In this document: in pieces, positions 1 to 9,390 of the stretch
Position numbering within the stretch: position 1 is the first letter of the stretch
Layout: each line of letters opens with the position of its first letter
Source: an uncultured Helicobacter sp.
GTDB lineage: Bacteria; Campylobacterota; Campylobacteria; Campylobacterales; UBA6016
NCBI GenBank assembly: GCA_964568395.1
Contig: CAZMPN010000005.1
Location: forward strand, 29,897 to 93,896
Reading direction: 5' to 3'
Length of the DNA stretch: 64,000 nucleotides
Notes under the pieces: generated by a model
What the model was told of the DNA's origin: nothing
Databases searched by the model: none
Seen by the model: the letters and a program-made list of their open reading frames with translations, nothing else
Translations under genes and position numbers: made by a program

Positions 1-264
1 GAACGCCGTTATCGCCTCGTCATACTTTTTTAGCTCCAGGGCGCATCTTCCGAGATAGAAGTTTACCTTAGCATCGTCCGGCTTTATTTCATACAGCTTA
101 TAAAAAGCGTCATACGCCTTTTCAAAACTAGACGAATTAAATATCTTGACCGCGGCTTCATAATCCGACTTATAGGCAGCCGTATCTACTTTTGCCGACA
201 ATGACGACGGGGCGCCGATTAGAATTATGCACGCCGCGACCGAAAACAATCCCTTTCTTAACAT
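1..264 (-). CDS. secreted TPR-repeat protein, N-terminal part (3' end runs off the window start)
   Basis: Not in the ORF track because it is open at the window edge. Manual minus-strand translation from the ATG at 264..262 gives MLRKGLFSVAACIILIGAPSSLSAKVDTAAYKSDYEAAVKIFNSSSFEKAYDAFYKLYEIKPDDAKVNFYLGRCALELKKYDEAITAF. The N-terminus is hydrophobic and signal-peptide-like, followed by TPR-like helices. It starts 1 nt after the stop of the upstream HD-GYP gene. Confidence 0.5.
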   Translation of the reverse strand, partial: MLRKGLFSVAACIILIGAPSSLSAKVDTAAYKSDYEAAVKIFNSSSFEKAYDAFYKLYEIKPDDAKVNFYLGRCALELKKYDEAITAF

Positions 265-265
265 C

Positions 266-1777
266 CTACTCATCCTTATGCTTATCTCTGATTTCCAAAA
301 TTGTATCCAAATTCCCAAAAAACGCATCAACGACCATCGGATCAAAATGCTCGCCCCGCTCTTCCCTGAAAAGAGCGTATATCTTCTCAAGCTCCCACGC
401 CTTCTTGTAGCATCTATCGGAGCCTAGCGCGTCGAACACGTCCGCCAAAGCGGTAATCCTTCCGAATATATGGATATCCTCGCCTTTAAGCCCCCTTGGA
501 TAACCGCGACCGTTCCATTTTTCATGGTGTTCGTATGCGACTACGGCGGCGGCGGATATTATCTTCCTGTTTGAATGCCTAAGCACTTCATATCCCATCG
601 TGGTATGGGTCTTCATGATATAGAACTCTTCGTCGGTCAGCTTGCCCGGTTTTTTGAGAATGGCGTCCTCTATGGCGACCTTGCCTATATCGTGCATCGG
701 AGACGCCATCCTTAAAAGCTCGGCCTCGGCCTCTGATAGTCCGCACCCCTTCGCAAGCACGTATGAATATTCCGCCACCCTCTTGACGTGATTCCCGGTC
801 TCTTTCGACCTAAATTCGCCGACCTCGCCCATCGTAAAGATGACCTCTTTTTGCGTATCCTCTATCTCTTTATGCAGACTGGCGAGCTCCACGGTATTTG
901 CGATATACGTCGCTACAAGATTTAGTTTTGCCACGTCGTCGTCCGAAAACTTCTCGTCGCTTGACAGCTTATTTATACACTGCAAAGCGCCCATGATTTC
1001 GTTTTCGCTGTTTTTGACGGGGATCGCGACTATGGATTTTGTCAAATAGCCGGTCTTTTTGTCTATCTCTGGATTAAATCTCTCGTCGGAGTACGGGTCG
1101 TTGCATATTACGGTCTGGGCGTTTTTGTAAGCGTACCCGGCAATTCCGGCGCCGTCGGGAATCGTAATGTTTGGTATTCCATGCGCCACTTTTGTCCAAA
1201 GCGTATTGCTCTCTTTATCGCCTATCCATATCGTAGCCCTGTCCGCCGCACTAAACTCTCTCGCCATATCGGCGAGTGCCACCAGCATCATCTCAGGCTC
1301 CCTCTGATCCGCTACGAAAGCGGCATATTTTAATATCAGATTTAGCGTAGCTTCCGAAGCCACCATATTTAGAGGAGCGTATGCGATCTTAAAAAAGTGG
1401 ATTAACGCCGATTCGTCGTATTTCGCCCCTTTCTTGAAAACGGCGAACGCCTCGCCGCCCTGCTCCAGCACCTTAAACCTGCTTATAAAAAAACCGCCCT
1501 CTATGCCCCTTGCGCCTACTTGGCATAAAAAATCGGAATCTATCGGAGCGTCATAGACCGTCTCTTCCCTTAGCCCCTGCAAGACGGAGAGTATCTCTTT
1601 GCCTATCTGGCAGTTTTTTTTTGGGTAGCATCCCTCTCCGTTAAACCTGCAGACGAAAAAATCGATCTCCCCACAGATTTCCATTTTTTTCAAATAATAT
1701 TTCAAATTTGAAAAAACCGCATCGAAACTTTTGGACATACCTATCTGGGAAGCCGCCTCCAGCAAAAGCGCATCCAT
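266..1777 (-). CDS. GAF domain-containing HD-GYP phosphohydrolase (putative cyclic-di-nucleotide phosphodiesterase/signalling protein)
   Basis: 503 aa. C-terminal HD-GYP signatures MHDIGKVAI and HHEKWNGRGYPRGL. Central GAF-like segment GIAGYAYKNAQTVICNDPYSDERFNPEIDKKTGYLTKSIVAIPV. Confidence 0.85.
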   Translation of the reverse strand: MDALLLEAASQIGMSKSFDAVFSNLKYYLKKMEICGEIDFFVCRFNGEGCYPKKNCQIGKEILSVLQGLREETVYDAPIDSDFLCQVGARGIEGGFFISRFKVLEQGGEAFAVFKKGAKYDESALIHFFKIAYAPLNMVASEATLNLILKYAAFVADQREPEMMLVALADMAREFSAADRATIWIGDKESNTLWTKVAHGIPNITIPDGAGIAGYAYKNAQTVICNDPYSDERFNPEIDKKTGYLTKSIVAIPVKNSENEIMGALQCINKLSSDEKFSDDDVAKLNLVATYIANTVELASLHKEIEDTQKEVIFTMGEVGEFRSKETGNHVKRVAEYSYVLAKGCGLSEAEAELLRMASPMHDIGKVAIEDAILKKPGKLTDEEFYIMKTHTTMGYEVLRHSNRKIISAAAVVAYEHHEKWNGRGYPRGLKGEDIHIFGRITALADVFDALGSDRCYKKAWELEKIYALFREERGEHFDPMVVDAFFGNLDTILEIRDKHKDE

Positions 1778-1825
1778 AGCAATACCTTAAACGCTAAATT
1801 TTTAACATTGTGCCATATCATCTGC

Positions 1826-1831
1826 TATAAT
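1826..1831 (+). promoter_or_regulatory. candidate -10 box (TATAAT) for the cNMP-binding protein gene, in the divergent intergenic region 1778..1918
   Basis: Exact TATAAT hexamer in a 141-nt AT-rich divergent spacer, about 88 nt upstream of the ATG at 1919. AAGG Shine-Dalgarno-like element at 1903..1906. No experimental support. Confidence 0.25.
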
Positions 1832-1918
1832 AAAATAAAGCCACAAAATTAAAACTTATTTAGATAACTTATACAAGAAGTTTAGTCCCAAATATTAACA
1901 AAAAGGTGCGCTAAAAGT

Positions 1919-2317
1919 ATGCTGCAAGAAAAAAAGTTCGATCCGAAAAAGCTGGCCGCGTACGGTTCTGTTAGAAAATTTATGCCCGGCGAAAAGATAG
2001 TAAGAGAGGGCGACAGCGGCGACGAGATGTTTATTATTCTGCAAGGCAAGGTCAGCATAGAGGTCGGCGATATTATCGTAGGCGAGATGGAGAGCGGCGA
2101 TTTTTTCGGCGAGATGAGCCTTATAGACAACGCCCCTAGAAGCGCCACGGTAACGGCTCAGGAGATAACGCTCCTATTTGCCATAAACGACAAAAATTTC
2201 GAGCGTATCATCGCATGGGAACCGACTATAGCGATACGTATTATGAAAAGCCTCTCCAAAAGGGTAAGGGAGCTTAATACCGAGATAAAAAATATTTTCG
2301 ACGGGCAAGGAGAGTAG
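1919..2317 (+). CDS. stand-alone cyclic nucleotide-binding (CAP-effector type) domain protein
   Basis: 132 aa. Phosphate-binding-cassette-like motif FFGEMSLIDNAPRSATVTA preceded by GDSGDEMFIILQGKV. No HTH or other output domain fits in this length. Confidence 0.8.
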   Translation: MLQEKKFDPKKLAAYGSVRKFMPGEKIVREGDSGDEMFIILQGKVSIEVGDIIVGEMESGDFFGEMSLIDNAPRSATVTAQEITLLFAINDKNFERIIAWEPTIAIRIMKSLSKRVRELNTEIKNIFDGQGE

Positions 2318-2318
2318 G

Positions 2319-3293
2319 TTATATTTTTTTCTCCCACTCATATGCGCTTTTACAGATAAGCTCCAGATCGTCATACTTTGGCTTCCAGGAGAGCGTCCTT
2401 AGTATCTTTGCATTGTCGGATACGAGTAGCGACGGGTCGCCCGCCCTTCTCTTCGAGATTTCCACTTCAAAATCCACCCCACTAACCTTTTTTACCGTAT
2501 CCACAACCTCTTTTACGCTATAGCCTCTGCCGTAGCCGCAGTTAAAGATGTCGCTCTTGCCGCCGTTTCCTAGATAATCGAGCGCAGATAGATGCGCCGA
2601 CGCCAAATCCTCTATGTGGATATAGTCCCTTATGCACGTACCGTCTTTCGTCGGATAATCTTCCCCGAATACGTACATCTTCTCTCTTTTGCCGCATGCG
2701 GCCTGGGAGGCTACCTTGATCAGGTGCGTAGCATTTGGAAATTTTTGTCCTATCCGCCCGTCGAGGGCTGCGCCTGCGACATTGAAATAACGCAAAACCA
2801 CAAATCTAAAACCGCTATGCGCTACGGCGGCGTCTTGAAGCACTTGTTCGCTCATAAGCTTGCTACGCCCATACGGATTTATCGGAGCCAGTTCGCTCGT
2901 CTCGCTCACAACGCCCTCTTTTGGCTCTCCGTAAACAGCCGCAGTAGAAGAAAAAACAAACCCTTTGACGCCGGATTTGACCGCCGAACTTATAAGGTTT
3001 GTGGTGTTTACCGTATTGTTCATATAGTATTTAAGCGGATTTTCGACCGATTCCGGAACTACGATACTGGCGGCAAAATGGATAATGGCGTCAAACTTCT
3101 CCTCTTTTAAAAACCTATCCACGAACGCGAAATCCGACAAGTCGGCCTTTACTAGCCTCCCAAACAATACCGAGTCCTCAAAGCCGGTGGAGAGGTTGTC
3201 CAGCACCACTAGTTCGCAGCCGCCTCTCTCTCCAAGCTGCTTTACGACATGGCTGCCGATATATCCGGCGCCCCCCGTTACCAGTATCTTCAA
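2319..3293 (-). CDS. galE: UDP-glucose 4-epimerase
   Basis: 324 aa. N-terminal Rossmann MKILVTGGAGYIGSH and SDR catalytic YGRSK (PINPYGRSKLMSEQ). Length and overall pattern are typical of GalE. Confidence 0.9.
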   Translation of the reverse strand: MKILVTGGAGYIGSHVVKQLGERGGCELVVLDNLSTGFEDSVLFGRLVKADLSDFAFVDRFLKEEKFDAIIHFAASIVVPESVENPLKYYMNNTVNTTNLISSAVKSGVKGFVFSSTAAVYGEPKEGVVSETSELAPINPYGRSKLMSEQVLQDAAVAHSGFRFVVLRYFNVAGAALDGRIGQKFPNATHLIKVASQAACGKREKMYVFGEDYPTKDGTCIRDYIHIEDLASAHLSALDYLGNGGKSDIFNCGYGRGYSVKEVVDTVKKVSGVDFEVEISKRRAGDPSLLVSDNAKILRTLSWKPKYDDLELICKSAYEWEKKI

Positions 3294-4429
3294 CCTTCAT
3301 CTCCTTCAATCAGCTTTTTGTATGTTTCAAGCGATTTCTCTTTCGAAAAAAACCTGGCTCTTGTCACGGCTTTTTGCCTATATTCGTCCCGAAGAGAGTC
3401 ATCTTCTATAATTTTCCTCATCGCAAGCGATAAAAACCTTGGATTGTCAAGGCTGGCAAGCAGTCCGAACTGGGCCTTCTCAAGCCCGCTTATAAGCATA
3501 TCCTTTCCTCCTGCGAGTATCTCCCTAGGGCCGCTCTTGCAATCGGTCGATACCACGGGGAGAGAACAGGCGAGCGCCTCTATAAGCACGGTCGGAAGCC
3601 CTTCTAGGCGCGAGCTCATAACGAAGCAGTCGGAAGCCGCAAAGTATTTGTACGGATTTTCGCAAAATCCCAAAAACTTTATCCTATCGTATAGCCCCAT
3701 CTCTACCGCCAAAAACTTCAGCTCTTTTTCAAGCTCTCCTGCGCCCAGAACGAGAAGTTTGCAAAAAGCGGGGAGGCTTTTGAACGCCTCGAACAGAAAC
3801 GGGAAATTCTTGCTCTCCACCAACCTTCCGGCCGTTACGAATACGAATCCATCCTCTTTTCCGACCTGCTCTTTAGACATGCTCTCTATCTTTTGGATGT
3901 CTATCGGATTGTATGCCACTTTTATTTTTTCCGGAGCTATTTTGAAATTTTGCGATAAATCCTCTTTTATTCCCTCCGACACAGCTGCTACCGCATTTAC
4001 CACTCTATAGGATACGCCAAGCAGTTTTTTTAGCATACGCTCGGCAAAGCTGTTGCCGTAATAGTTTGAAAGCGTGGTATGCTCGGTGGCTACGATGCGG
4101 ACAGCCGGGTTTAAGAGTTTCGATAGCGCGGAGATTATTATCGGTCTGGATAAAAACGCTATGACGACATCTACTCTGTTTTGCTTGCAATACGACGAAA
4201 AAACGGCGGCTAGGCGAAAAAGAGAGATCAGCTTTGAAAACGCTGAACTCTCTATATCGTGAGAAGAGAGGCTTACCGTTTTAATCCCGGCGGTATCGAA
4301 TTTTTGCAAAGGGCTAAGCGTAACTATCTCGACTTCATATTCGCCCTTTAGCCCGACGGCAAGCTCCAGCGCCGCTTTTTCGGCGCCTCCGCCGCCGAGA
4401 GAATAGGTAAAAATAGCGACTTTTTTCAC
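3290..4429 (-). CDS. glycosyltransferase, GT4 (GT-B) family
   Basis: 379 aa. N-terminal GGGGAEK motif and E-x7-E region SSRLEGLPTVLIEALACSLPVVSTD. 4-nt overlap with galE. Confidence 0.8.
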   Translation of the reverse strand: MKKVAIFTYSLGGGGAEKAALELAVGLKGEYEVEIVTLSPLQKFDTAGIKTVSLSSHDIESSAFSKLISLFRLAAVFSSYCKQNRVDVVIAFLSRPIIISALSKLLNPAVRIVATEHTTLSNYYGNSFAERMLKKLLGVSYRVVNAVAAVSEGIKEDLSQNFKIAPEKIKVAYNPIDIQKIESMSKEQVGKEDGFVFVTAGRLVESKNFPFLFEAFKSLPAFCKLLVLGAGELEKELKFLAVEMGLYDRIKFLGFCENPYKYFAASDCFVMSSRLEGLPTVLIEALACSLPVVSTDCKSGPREILAGGKDMLISGLEKAQFGLLASLDNPRFLSLAMRKIIEDDSLRDEYRQKAVTRARFFSKEKSLETYKKLIEGDEG

Positions 4430-4983
4430 GCTTTTGCCTTTACGCTGTTGCTCGATATCTTTGCGGCTGGAATTCCTCCGACGGTTATATAGGACTCCGT
4501 GACGTCATGCACTACTACGGCGTTCGCGGCTACCGTCACCCCCTCGCTTATGCGCACCGGGCCTATTATCTTCGCTCCTGGCCCTATGTAGCAGTTATCG
4601 CCTACGACGGGAGCATCAGGATTTTTGAGGTCTTCGCCGATCAACACCCCGCCTCCCGCTATCGTACAGTTTTTGCCGATCCTCGCCTTGCCGTTAATGA
4701 CGATGTCTCCGTAATGGCCTAGCTGCAGTCCGGGACCGCAAGAGTTTGGGGAGATACTAAACCCGAGCCTTATCGACTCTTTTTGAAACCTGTATCGTAT
4801 CCACAGCGTGCAAGGCTTCGAAAGGATCCCTTTTTTGCAGTTGAGACGGTATTCCAGGAGGCGAAGAAGCTTTTGATATTTCCAGATCGGGTGGAAAAAC
4901 CTATCCCGAAAGCTGCCTGTTACCCCAAGAGCCGCTTTATCCGCCGCTAGATATACCTCATAATCTGCCCTGCTTCTTATCAC
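4426..4983 (-). CDS. hexapeptide-repeat O-acetyltransferase (WcaB/serine acetyltransferase-like)
   Basis: 185 aa. Left-handed beta-helix repeats IGKNCTIAGGGVLIGED and VVGDNCYIGPGAKIIGPVRISEGVTVAANAVV. Confidence 0.75.
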   Translation of the reverse strand: MIRSRADYEVYLAADKAALGVTGSFRDRFFHPIWKYQKLLRLLEYRLNCKKGILSKPCTLWIRYRFQKESIRLGFSISPNSCGPGLQLGHYGDIVINGKARIGKNCTIAGGGVLIGEDLKNPDAPVVGDNCYIGPGAKIIGPVRISEGVTVAANAVVVHDVTESYITVGGIPAAKISSNSVKAKA

Positions 4984-6071
4984 ATAAGCTCCTTCTCGGT
5001 ATTCGAGACGGACGAGACGATACTGAAGCTATCTTTTATTCTCTCTCTGTTTGGTTTGGCCTCCGTCATCGCCCACTCCAGTTTTGCGGCAAGGTCGTTT
5101 GCGTCGCCGCTTTTGAATACCGCCCGCTCGTCGCCGACTATCAACCTCATATCGCCGGCGTCGCTAACGACGGCGGGCACGCCGCAGCTCATAGCTTCGG
5201 CAACGGTAAGCCCGAAAGCCTCTCCAAGGCTAGGCAGACAGAAGAGGTTTAGGGAGTTGTAAAAACCGCGTAGGTCAGAGACAAAACCGAGCCAGATAAA
5301 TCTACCCCTATACTCTCCCAAAATCTCTATGCACTCATCTCTGATAGATTCGTCTCCGCCGCCTGCGGCCACGAAAATAAGATTTTCATGTTTTTTTAGA
5401 AGCTCTTTTGCGGCATTGGCCAGCAGAGGGTAGCCCTTCATCCTGTCTATTCTGGCGGCCACTCCTATAACGAAGGCATCGGCGGCTACTCGGCGCTCTC
5501 TTCTGAACTCATCCCCCAAAGAAGGGTTTGGCGTAAAAAACTCGGTATCGACGCCGTTGTATACGACTACAGCGCGGCGCATATCATACCCTGCGGCCTC
5601 GTGATACTCGAAGGCTGAACGGCTGACGCATATTATCTTGTCGGCAAACCTTGAAAGAACTTTTTGAAGCCAAAATAAGAGCCTAAAGAAAAAACCGTAG
5701 GAGCGGTAATCCACGAACGCGGAGTGAAGCGTCCATACAAGTTTGTATCGTCTATTGGCAAGAGCTCTCGCCCAAAGCGAAAAAAGATTCATCTCGCCTA
5801 TATGCGAAAAGACGACGTCCGGCACAAATTCGTTGATTAGCCTCGCATATGAAAACAAAAAGCCGAAAATATCAAACCGCCCTTTTTTGCCGAGGTTTAC
5901 GTAGCGTATGCCATCTATTTGTTTTGCCTCATTTTCCATCGCGCCGCCGTACATCGTAGCAAGACAGACGTCAAAACGGTTTTTGTCGACACGCCGTACA
6001 AATTCGAGTACCTGTTTTTCCGCGCCTCCTATGTCAAGGCAGCGTATAACGATAAGAACTCTTGTCTTCAA
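4980..6071 (-). CDS. glycosyltransferase, GT4 family
   Basis: 363 aa. IGGAEKQV N-terminal motif and E-x7-E region PSLGEAFGLTVAEAMSCGVPAVVSD. Confidence 0.8.
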   Translation of the reverse strand: MKTRVLIVIRCLDIGGAEKQVLEFVRRVDKNRFDVCLATMYGGAMENEAKQIDGIRYVNLGKKGRFDIFGFLFSYARLINEFVPDVVFSHIGEMNLFSLWARALANRRYKLVWTLHSAFVDYRSYGFFFRLLFWLQKVLSRFADKIICVSRSAFEYHEAAGYDMRRAVVVYNGVDTEFFTPNPSLGDEFRRERRVAADAFVIGVAARIDRMKGYPLLANAAKELLKKHENLIFVAAGGGDESIRDECIEILGEYRGRFIWLGFVSDLRGFYNSLNLFCLPSLGEAFGLTVAEAMSCGVPAVVSDAGDMRLIVGDERAVFKSGDANDLAAKLEWAMTEAKPNRERIKDSFSIVSSVSNTEKELM

Positions 6072-6125
6072 GCTTTCCAGCTCATCTTGGATAAAATAAC
6101 AAAAAACAAAGTAAAGGCTTGAAGT

Positions 6126-7070
6126 TTGAGTCCGCTCATAAGTGTCGTAGTACCCGTATATAATGTGGAAAAATATCTGAGAAAGTGTACCCTCTCAATC
6201 ATTAATCAAACATACAAAAATCTAGAAATTATATGCATAAACGACGGCAGTACCGACGAGAGCGGAAAAATTTTAGATGCCGTCGCAGCCGAGGATAGCA
6301 GAATAAGAGTTATCCATCAGGAGAACAGAGGACTTATGAAGGTCAGAGCCAGAGGCATAGAAGAAGCCAAAGGGGAATACATAGCCTTTGTAGATTCCGA
6401 CGATTACTGCATGCCGAATATGATGGAGATACTCGTAGAGATTGCGCTTAAAAACGGCGCCCAGATAGCCGTATCCGGTTTTGAGGTAGTCGATCTGGAA
6501 GATAAAATATTATTTGCCGTAACTCCTGCCGAAAAGACGCTAAATAAAACGGAGGCGCTAAAAGCCCTGATTTTCGAAGACTATAGAGAGACCGGACTCT
6601 ACCCTGTATGGAACAAACTATACAAAAAAGAGCTGTTCAAAAACTACGCCCCATCAAAAACCGTAGTCAATCTAGGCGAAGACCAGTATATGAACCTAAT
6701 GATGATAGATAGCGCCGAAAAGATAGCGTTCGCTCCGGATATATGCTACGCATACGTGCAGCACGGCGCATCCATCATGAAAACACCGAAACTATCGCAT
6801 ATCGACGACTTTTTCGGACTATGGGAAGAAAAAGAGCGGTTTATAGACAAGCTGGAGCTTTTGAAGAGTAATAAAAAAGAGGTTTTTGAGGCATACTTCA
6901 CATCCATGCTAGATTTTTACGGGCTATGCTTTCATACGGCAAAAGATGAGCTCCTGCCGAAATTTAACGAAAAACTAAGCCGCGATCCGTTCTTTAAACT
7001 AAAAAACTTGCCGCTTACTCCGAGCTTTATAGCCAGATACGTAAAGTTCTTAGCTAGACGATATCTTTAG
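6126..7070 (+). CDS. glycosyltransferase, GT2 (GT-A) family; the only plus-strand gene in the locus
   Basis: 314 aa. TTG start with AAAGG 9-10 nt upstream. ISVVVPVYNVEKYL N-terminus and DSDD (FVDSDDY) motif. Confidence 0.8.
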   Translation: MSPLISVVVPVYNVEKYLRKCTLSIINQTYKNLEIICINDGSTDESGKILDAVAAEDSRIRVIHQENRGLMKVRARGIEEAKGEYIAFVDSDDYCMPNMMEILVEIALKNGAQIAVSGFEVVDLEDKILFAVTPAEKTLNKTEALKALIFEDYRETGLYPVWNKLYKKELFKNYAPSKTVVNLGEDQYMNLMMIDSAEKIAFAPDICYAYVQHGASIMKTPKLSHIDDFFGLWEEKERFIDKLELLKSNKKEVFEAYFTSMLDFYGLCFHTAKDELLPKFNEKLSRDPFFKLKNLPLTPSFIARYVKFLARRYL

Positions 7071-8288
7071 CGCGGTACGCAGCAAAAGCACAAACACGAA
7101 AGCTTCCGTAAACAGATAAACAAATGCCGCGCCCACCGAGTCAAAAGCCCCGACAAGCAAAACCGACAAAATAACAGAGACCACGGCTGTAATCGTATAA
7201 AGACTTCTTAAAAGTGGCGCCTTGCCTAAAGCCACTATGTAGTGGTTTGATAAAAGCATGCTGGCCACGACAAATACCGGCCCAAACGCCATGATTCTGA
7301 GTAGCTCGCCGCTTTTTTCAAAATGGCTCCCAAGAGCCAGTGCACTAATAAAATCAGCCGTTACGAATACGAAAATCGATATGACAGACATAGCGGATAC
7401 ACTCACAATAGCCGCTTTTTTTAAAAACAAAAACGCCTCTCCTTTGTCTTTGGAGGCTATGCGGCTAGCGTGCGGGAAAAGCGCGGAAGATATAGGGGTA
7501 AAAAGAGCCTGCATCGCCAAAATAATCTTTTGTGCGCCGACAAATTGCCCGGCTTCGCTTCTAACAGACAAAAATCCGACGGCAAAAGCCGGCAGGTTTA
7601 CATAGAAAGCGACCCATATATTTGCGCTAAAGAGCGGCCATGCGCCTTTGAGCGCCTCCTTCACAAAAGCCCTATCCGGTAATACAAAACCGATATTAAA
7701 TCTTCTGCAGACGTCTATATTCGCAAGTACGGCAAACGACACCCACGAGATACCGGCGCACAAAGGCACAAACAATAAATCTGAGGCCGAAGAGACGAAT
7801 ACAACGGTAGCCATGGCGGCAACGATTTGAGCCGAGATGCTAAAAACCAAAAACCAAAAACTTCTCTCCATTCCTTGATAGAGCCATCCGGGCATCAAAG
7901 TCTGCCCTGCAACCGCAAACCATAAAAATAGATAGAGATAAATAGACGAATCGGCAATTTTCGAAAATGCTAGCATAAACAAAAGAGAGATAAAAAGAAG
8001 CGACATCTTAACGCCTTGTATCGACGCCCAAAGTCTTGAGATGCGTTCATTGTCATGCCGACAAAGCGCGCTTTCCCTGACGCCCCACAGATAAAACCCG
8101 AAATCGGCGAAAATCTGTATATATGCCGCCACGGCCCATGCAACAGCCATCTCGCCGAAAGCATGGAGCCCGAGCGTCCTGGTAAGATAAGGAAGAAGCA
8201 AAAAAGGAACTGCGTATGATGCCAGCTGAAGAACCATTAGCCAGCTCGCATTGCCGGCTATGGATGATTTTGTAAGTCTTGAAAGCAC
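7050..8288 (-). CDS. wzx: Wzx-type O-unit/oligosaccharide flippase (MOP superfamily)
   Basis: 412 aa and highly hydrophobic throughout. N-terminus GNASWLMVLQLASYAVPFLLLPYLTRTLGLHAFGEMAVAW is typical of polysaccharide biosynthesis (Wzx) proteins. Confidence 0.7.
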   Translation of the reverse strand: MLSRLTKSSIAGNASWLMVLQLASYAVPFLLLPYLTRTLGLHAFGEMAVAWAVAAYIQIFADFGFYLWGVRESALCRHDNERISRLWASIQGVKMSLLFISLLFMLAFSKIADSSIYLYLFLWFAVAGQTLMPGWLYQGMERSFWFLVFSISAQIVAAMATVVFVSSASDLLFVPLCAGISWVSFAVLANIDVCRRFNIGFVLPDRAFVKEALKGAWPLFSANIWVAFYVNLPAFAVGFLSVRSEAGQFVGAQKIILAMQALFTPISSALFPHASRIASKDKGEAFLFLKKAAIVSVSAMSVISIFVFVTADFISALALGSHFEKSGELLRIMAFGPVFVVASMLLSNHYIVALGKAPLLRSLYTITAVVSVILSVLLVGAFDSVGAAFVYLFTEAFVFVLLLRTALKISSS

Positions 8289-8292
8289 TTTT

Positions 8293-9387
8293 TTAGTTTA
8301 GCGTCTTTTTAAGAGCAGCCACAACTTCGTCTTGCTCGGATTCGCCGAGGAATGCGCTAAACGGTAGGCTCATAATTTCGTTCGAAACTTTCTCGCATAT
8401 CGGGAAATCGCCGTTTTTGTATCCCAGCGACGCAAAACACTCTTGCAGATGAAGCGGTTTTGGGTAGTGCACCGCCGTCGGTACGCCGAGTTCGCCGAGC
8501 TTTTTCATCACCTCGTCCCTATTTTTTACGCGTACCGAGAACTGTCCGTAGACATTTGTTCTATCGTCTTTCGTAAAAGGAGTTATCAGGTTTACTTCTT
8601 TTAAAAGTTCAATATATCTGGCTCCAAGCTCCAATCTTTTTTTGACCTCCGCGTCAAAATACGGAAGCTTCACCCTAAGAACAGCAGCCTGAACGGCGTC
8701 AAGCCTGCCGTTAATACCGACGTATTTATGCACATATCTCTCTGTTTGTCCGTGTATTCTGATAGAGGCTATTTTCTTTGCCAGTTCGTCGTCATTTGTG
8801 AAAACAGCGCCGCCGTCACCGTAGCAACCCAGCGGCTTTGAAGGGAAAAAGCTCGTGCAGCCGATGCGCGAAAGGTTGCACGATTTTTTGCCCTTATACT
8901 CTGCGCCGAAGCTTTGTGCCGCATCTTCTATAACCGTGATATTATGTTTTGCGGCGATAGCGTTGATCTCATCCATATCCGCACACTGCCCATAAAGGCT
9001 GACAGGCATTATCGCCTTCGTTTTAGGCGTTATGGCGGCCTCTATTTTCGAAGGGTCTATGTTGTACGTCGGCTCGTCTATATCTACGAATACAGGCTTT
9101 GCGCCAAGCAAAGCTATAACTTCGGCCGTCGCTATAAAAGTAAAAGGCGTCGTAATCACTTCATCACCGGCTTTTATATCGAGAGCCATCAGGGCCAACA
9201 AAAGCGCATCTGTACCGCTCGCACAAGATATAGCATGCTTTGAGCCGGTATAGGCCTCAAGCTCCGCCTCCAAGCCGTCAACCTCTTTACCCATGATGAA
9301 CTGCCCGGAATTAAATACTCCGATAACCCTTTCGTCTATCTCTTTTTTATATGCCGCATACTGGGCTTTGAGGTTTATAAATTCCAT
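8293..9387 (-). CDS. DegT/DnrJ/EryC1/StrS (PglE/WecE-like) sugar aminotransferase
   Basis: 364 aa. SGTDALLLALMALDIKAGDEVITTPFTFIATAEV, and PLP-lysine region SFFPSKPLGCYGDGGA. Confidence 0.85.
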   Translation of the reverse strand: MEFINLKAQYAAYKKEIDERVIGVFNSGQFIMGKEVDGLEAELEAYTGSKHAISCASGTDALLLALMALDIKAGDEVITTPFTFIATAEVIALLGAKPVFVDIDEPTYNIDPSKIEAAITPKTKAIMPVSLYGQCADMDEINAIAAKHNITVIEDAAQSFGAEYKGKKSCNLSRIGCTSFFPSKPLGCYGDGGAVFTNDDELAKKIASIRIHGQTERYVHKYVGINGRLDAVQAAVLRVKLPYFDAEVKKRLELGARYIELLKEVNLITPFTKDDRTNVYGQFSVRVKNRDEVMKKLGELGVPTAVHYPKPLHLQECFASLGYKNGDFPICEKVSNEIMSLPFSAFLGESEQDEVVAALKKTLN

Positions 9388-9390
9388 TTT

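Noticed and set aside
2290-2340. Possible bidirectional rho-independent terminator between the convergent cNMP-binding gene and galE (GGAGA...TCTCC around a T-run).
   Set aside because: The stem is only about 5 bp with a roughly 20-nt loop, and it lies within the coding ends of both genes. That is too weak to call.
3271-3276. C6 run (also C6 near 12670 and 33631), considered as Campylobacter-style poly-G/C phase-variation tracts.
   Set aside because: At only 6 nt, these are shorter than the roughly 8-13 nt tracts associated with slipped-strand switching. They encode glycine-rich nucleotide-binding motifs (GGAGYIG, GGGGSE).
3249-4010. Long plus-strand ORF (253 aa) antisense to the GT4 gene. 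Similar cases: 2592-3110, 16783-17226, 26228-26728, 54616-55095 and 62261-62722.
   Set aside because: All lie fully inside strong minus-strand genes with clear family motifs. Their translations are low-complexity (Ser/Pro/Leu- or Ile/Phe-rich) with no motifs. These are typical shadow ORFs from codon-biased sequence.
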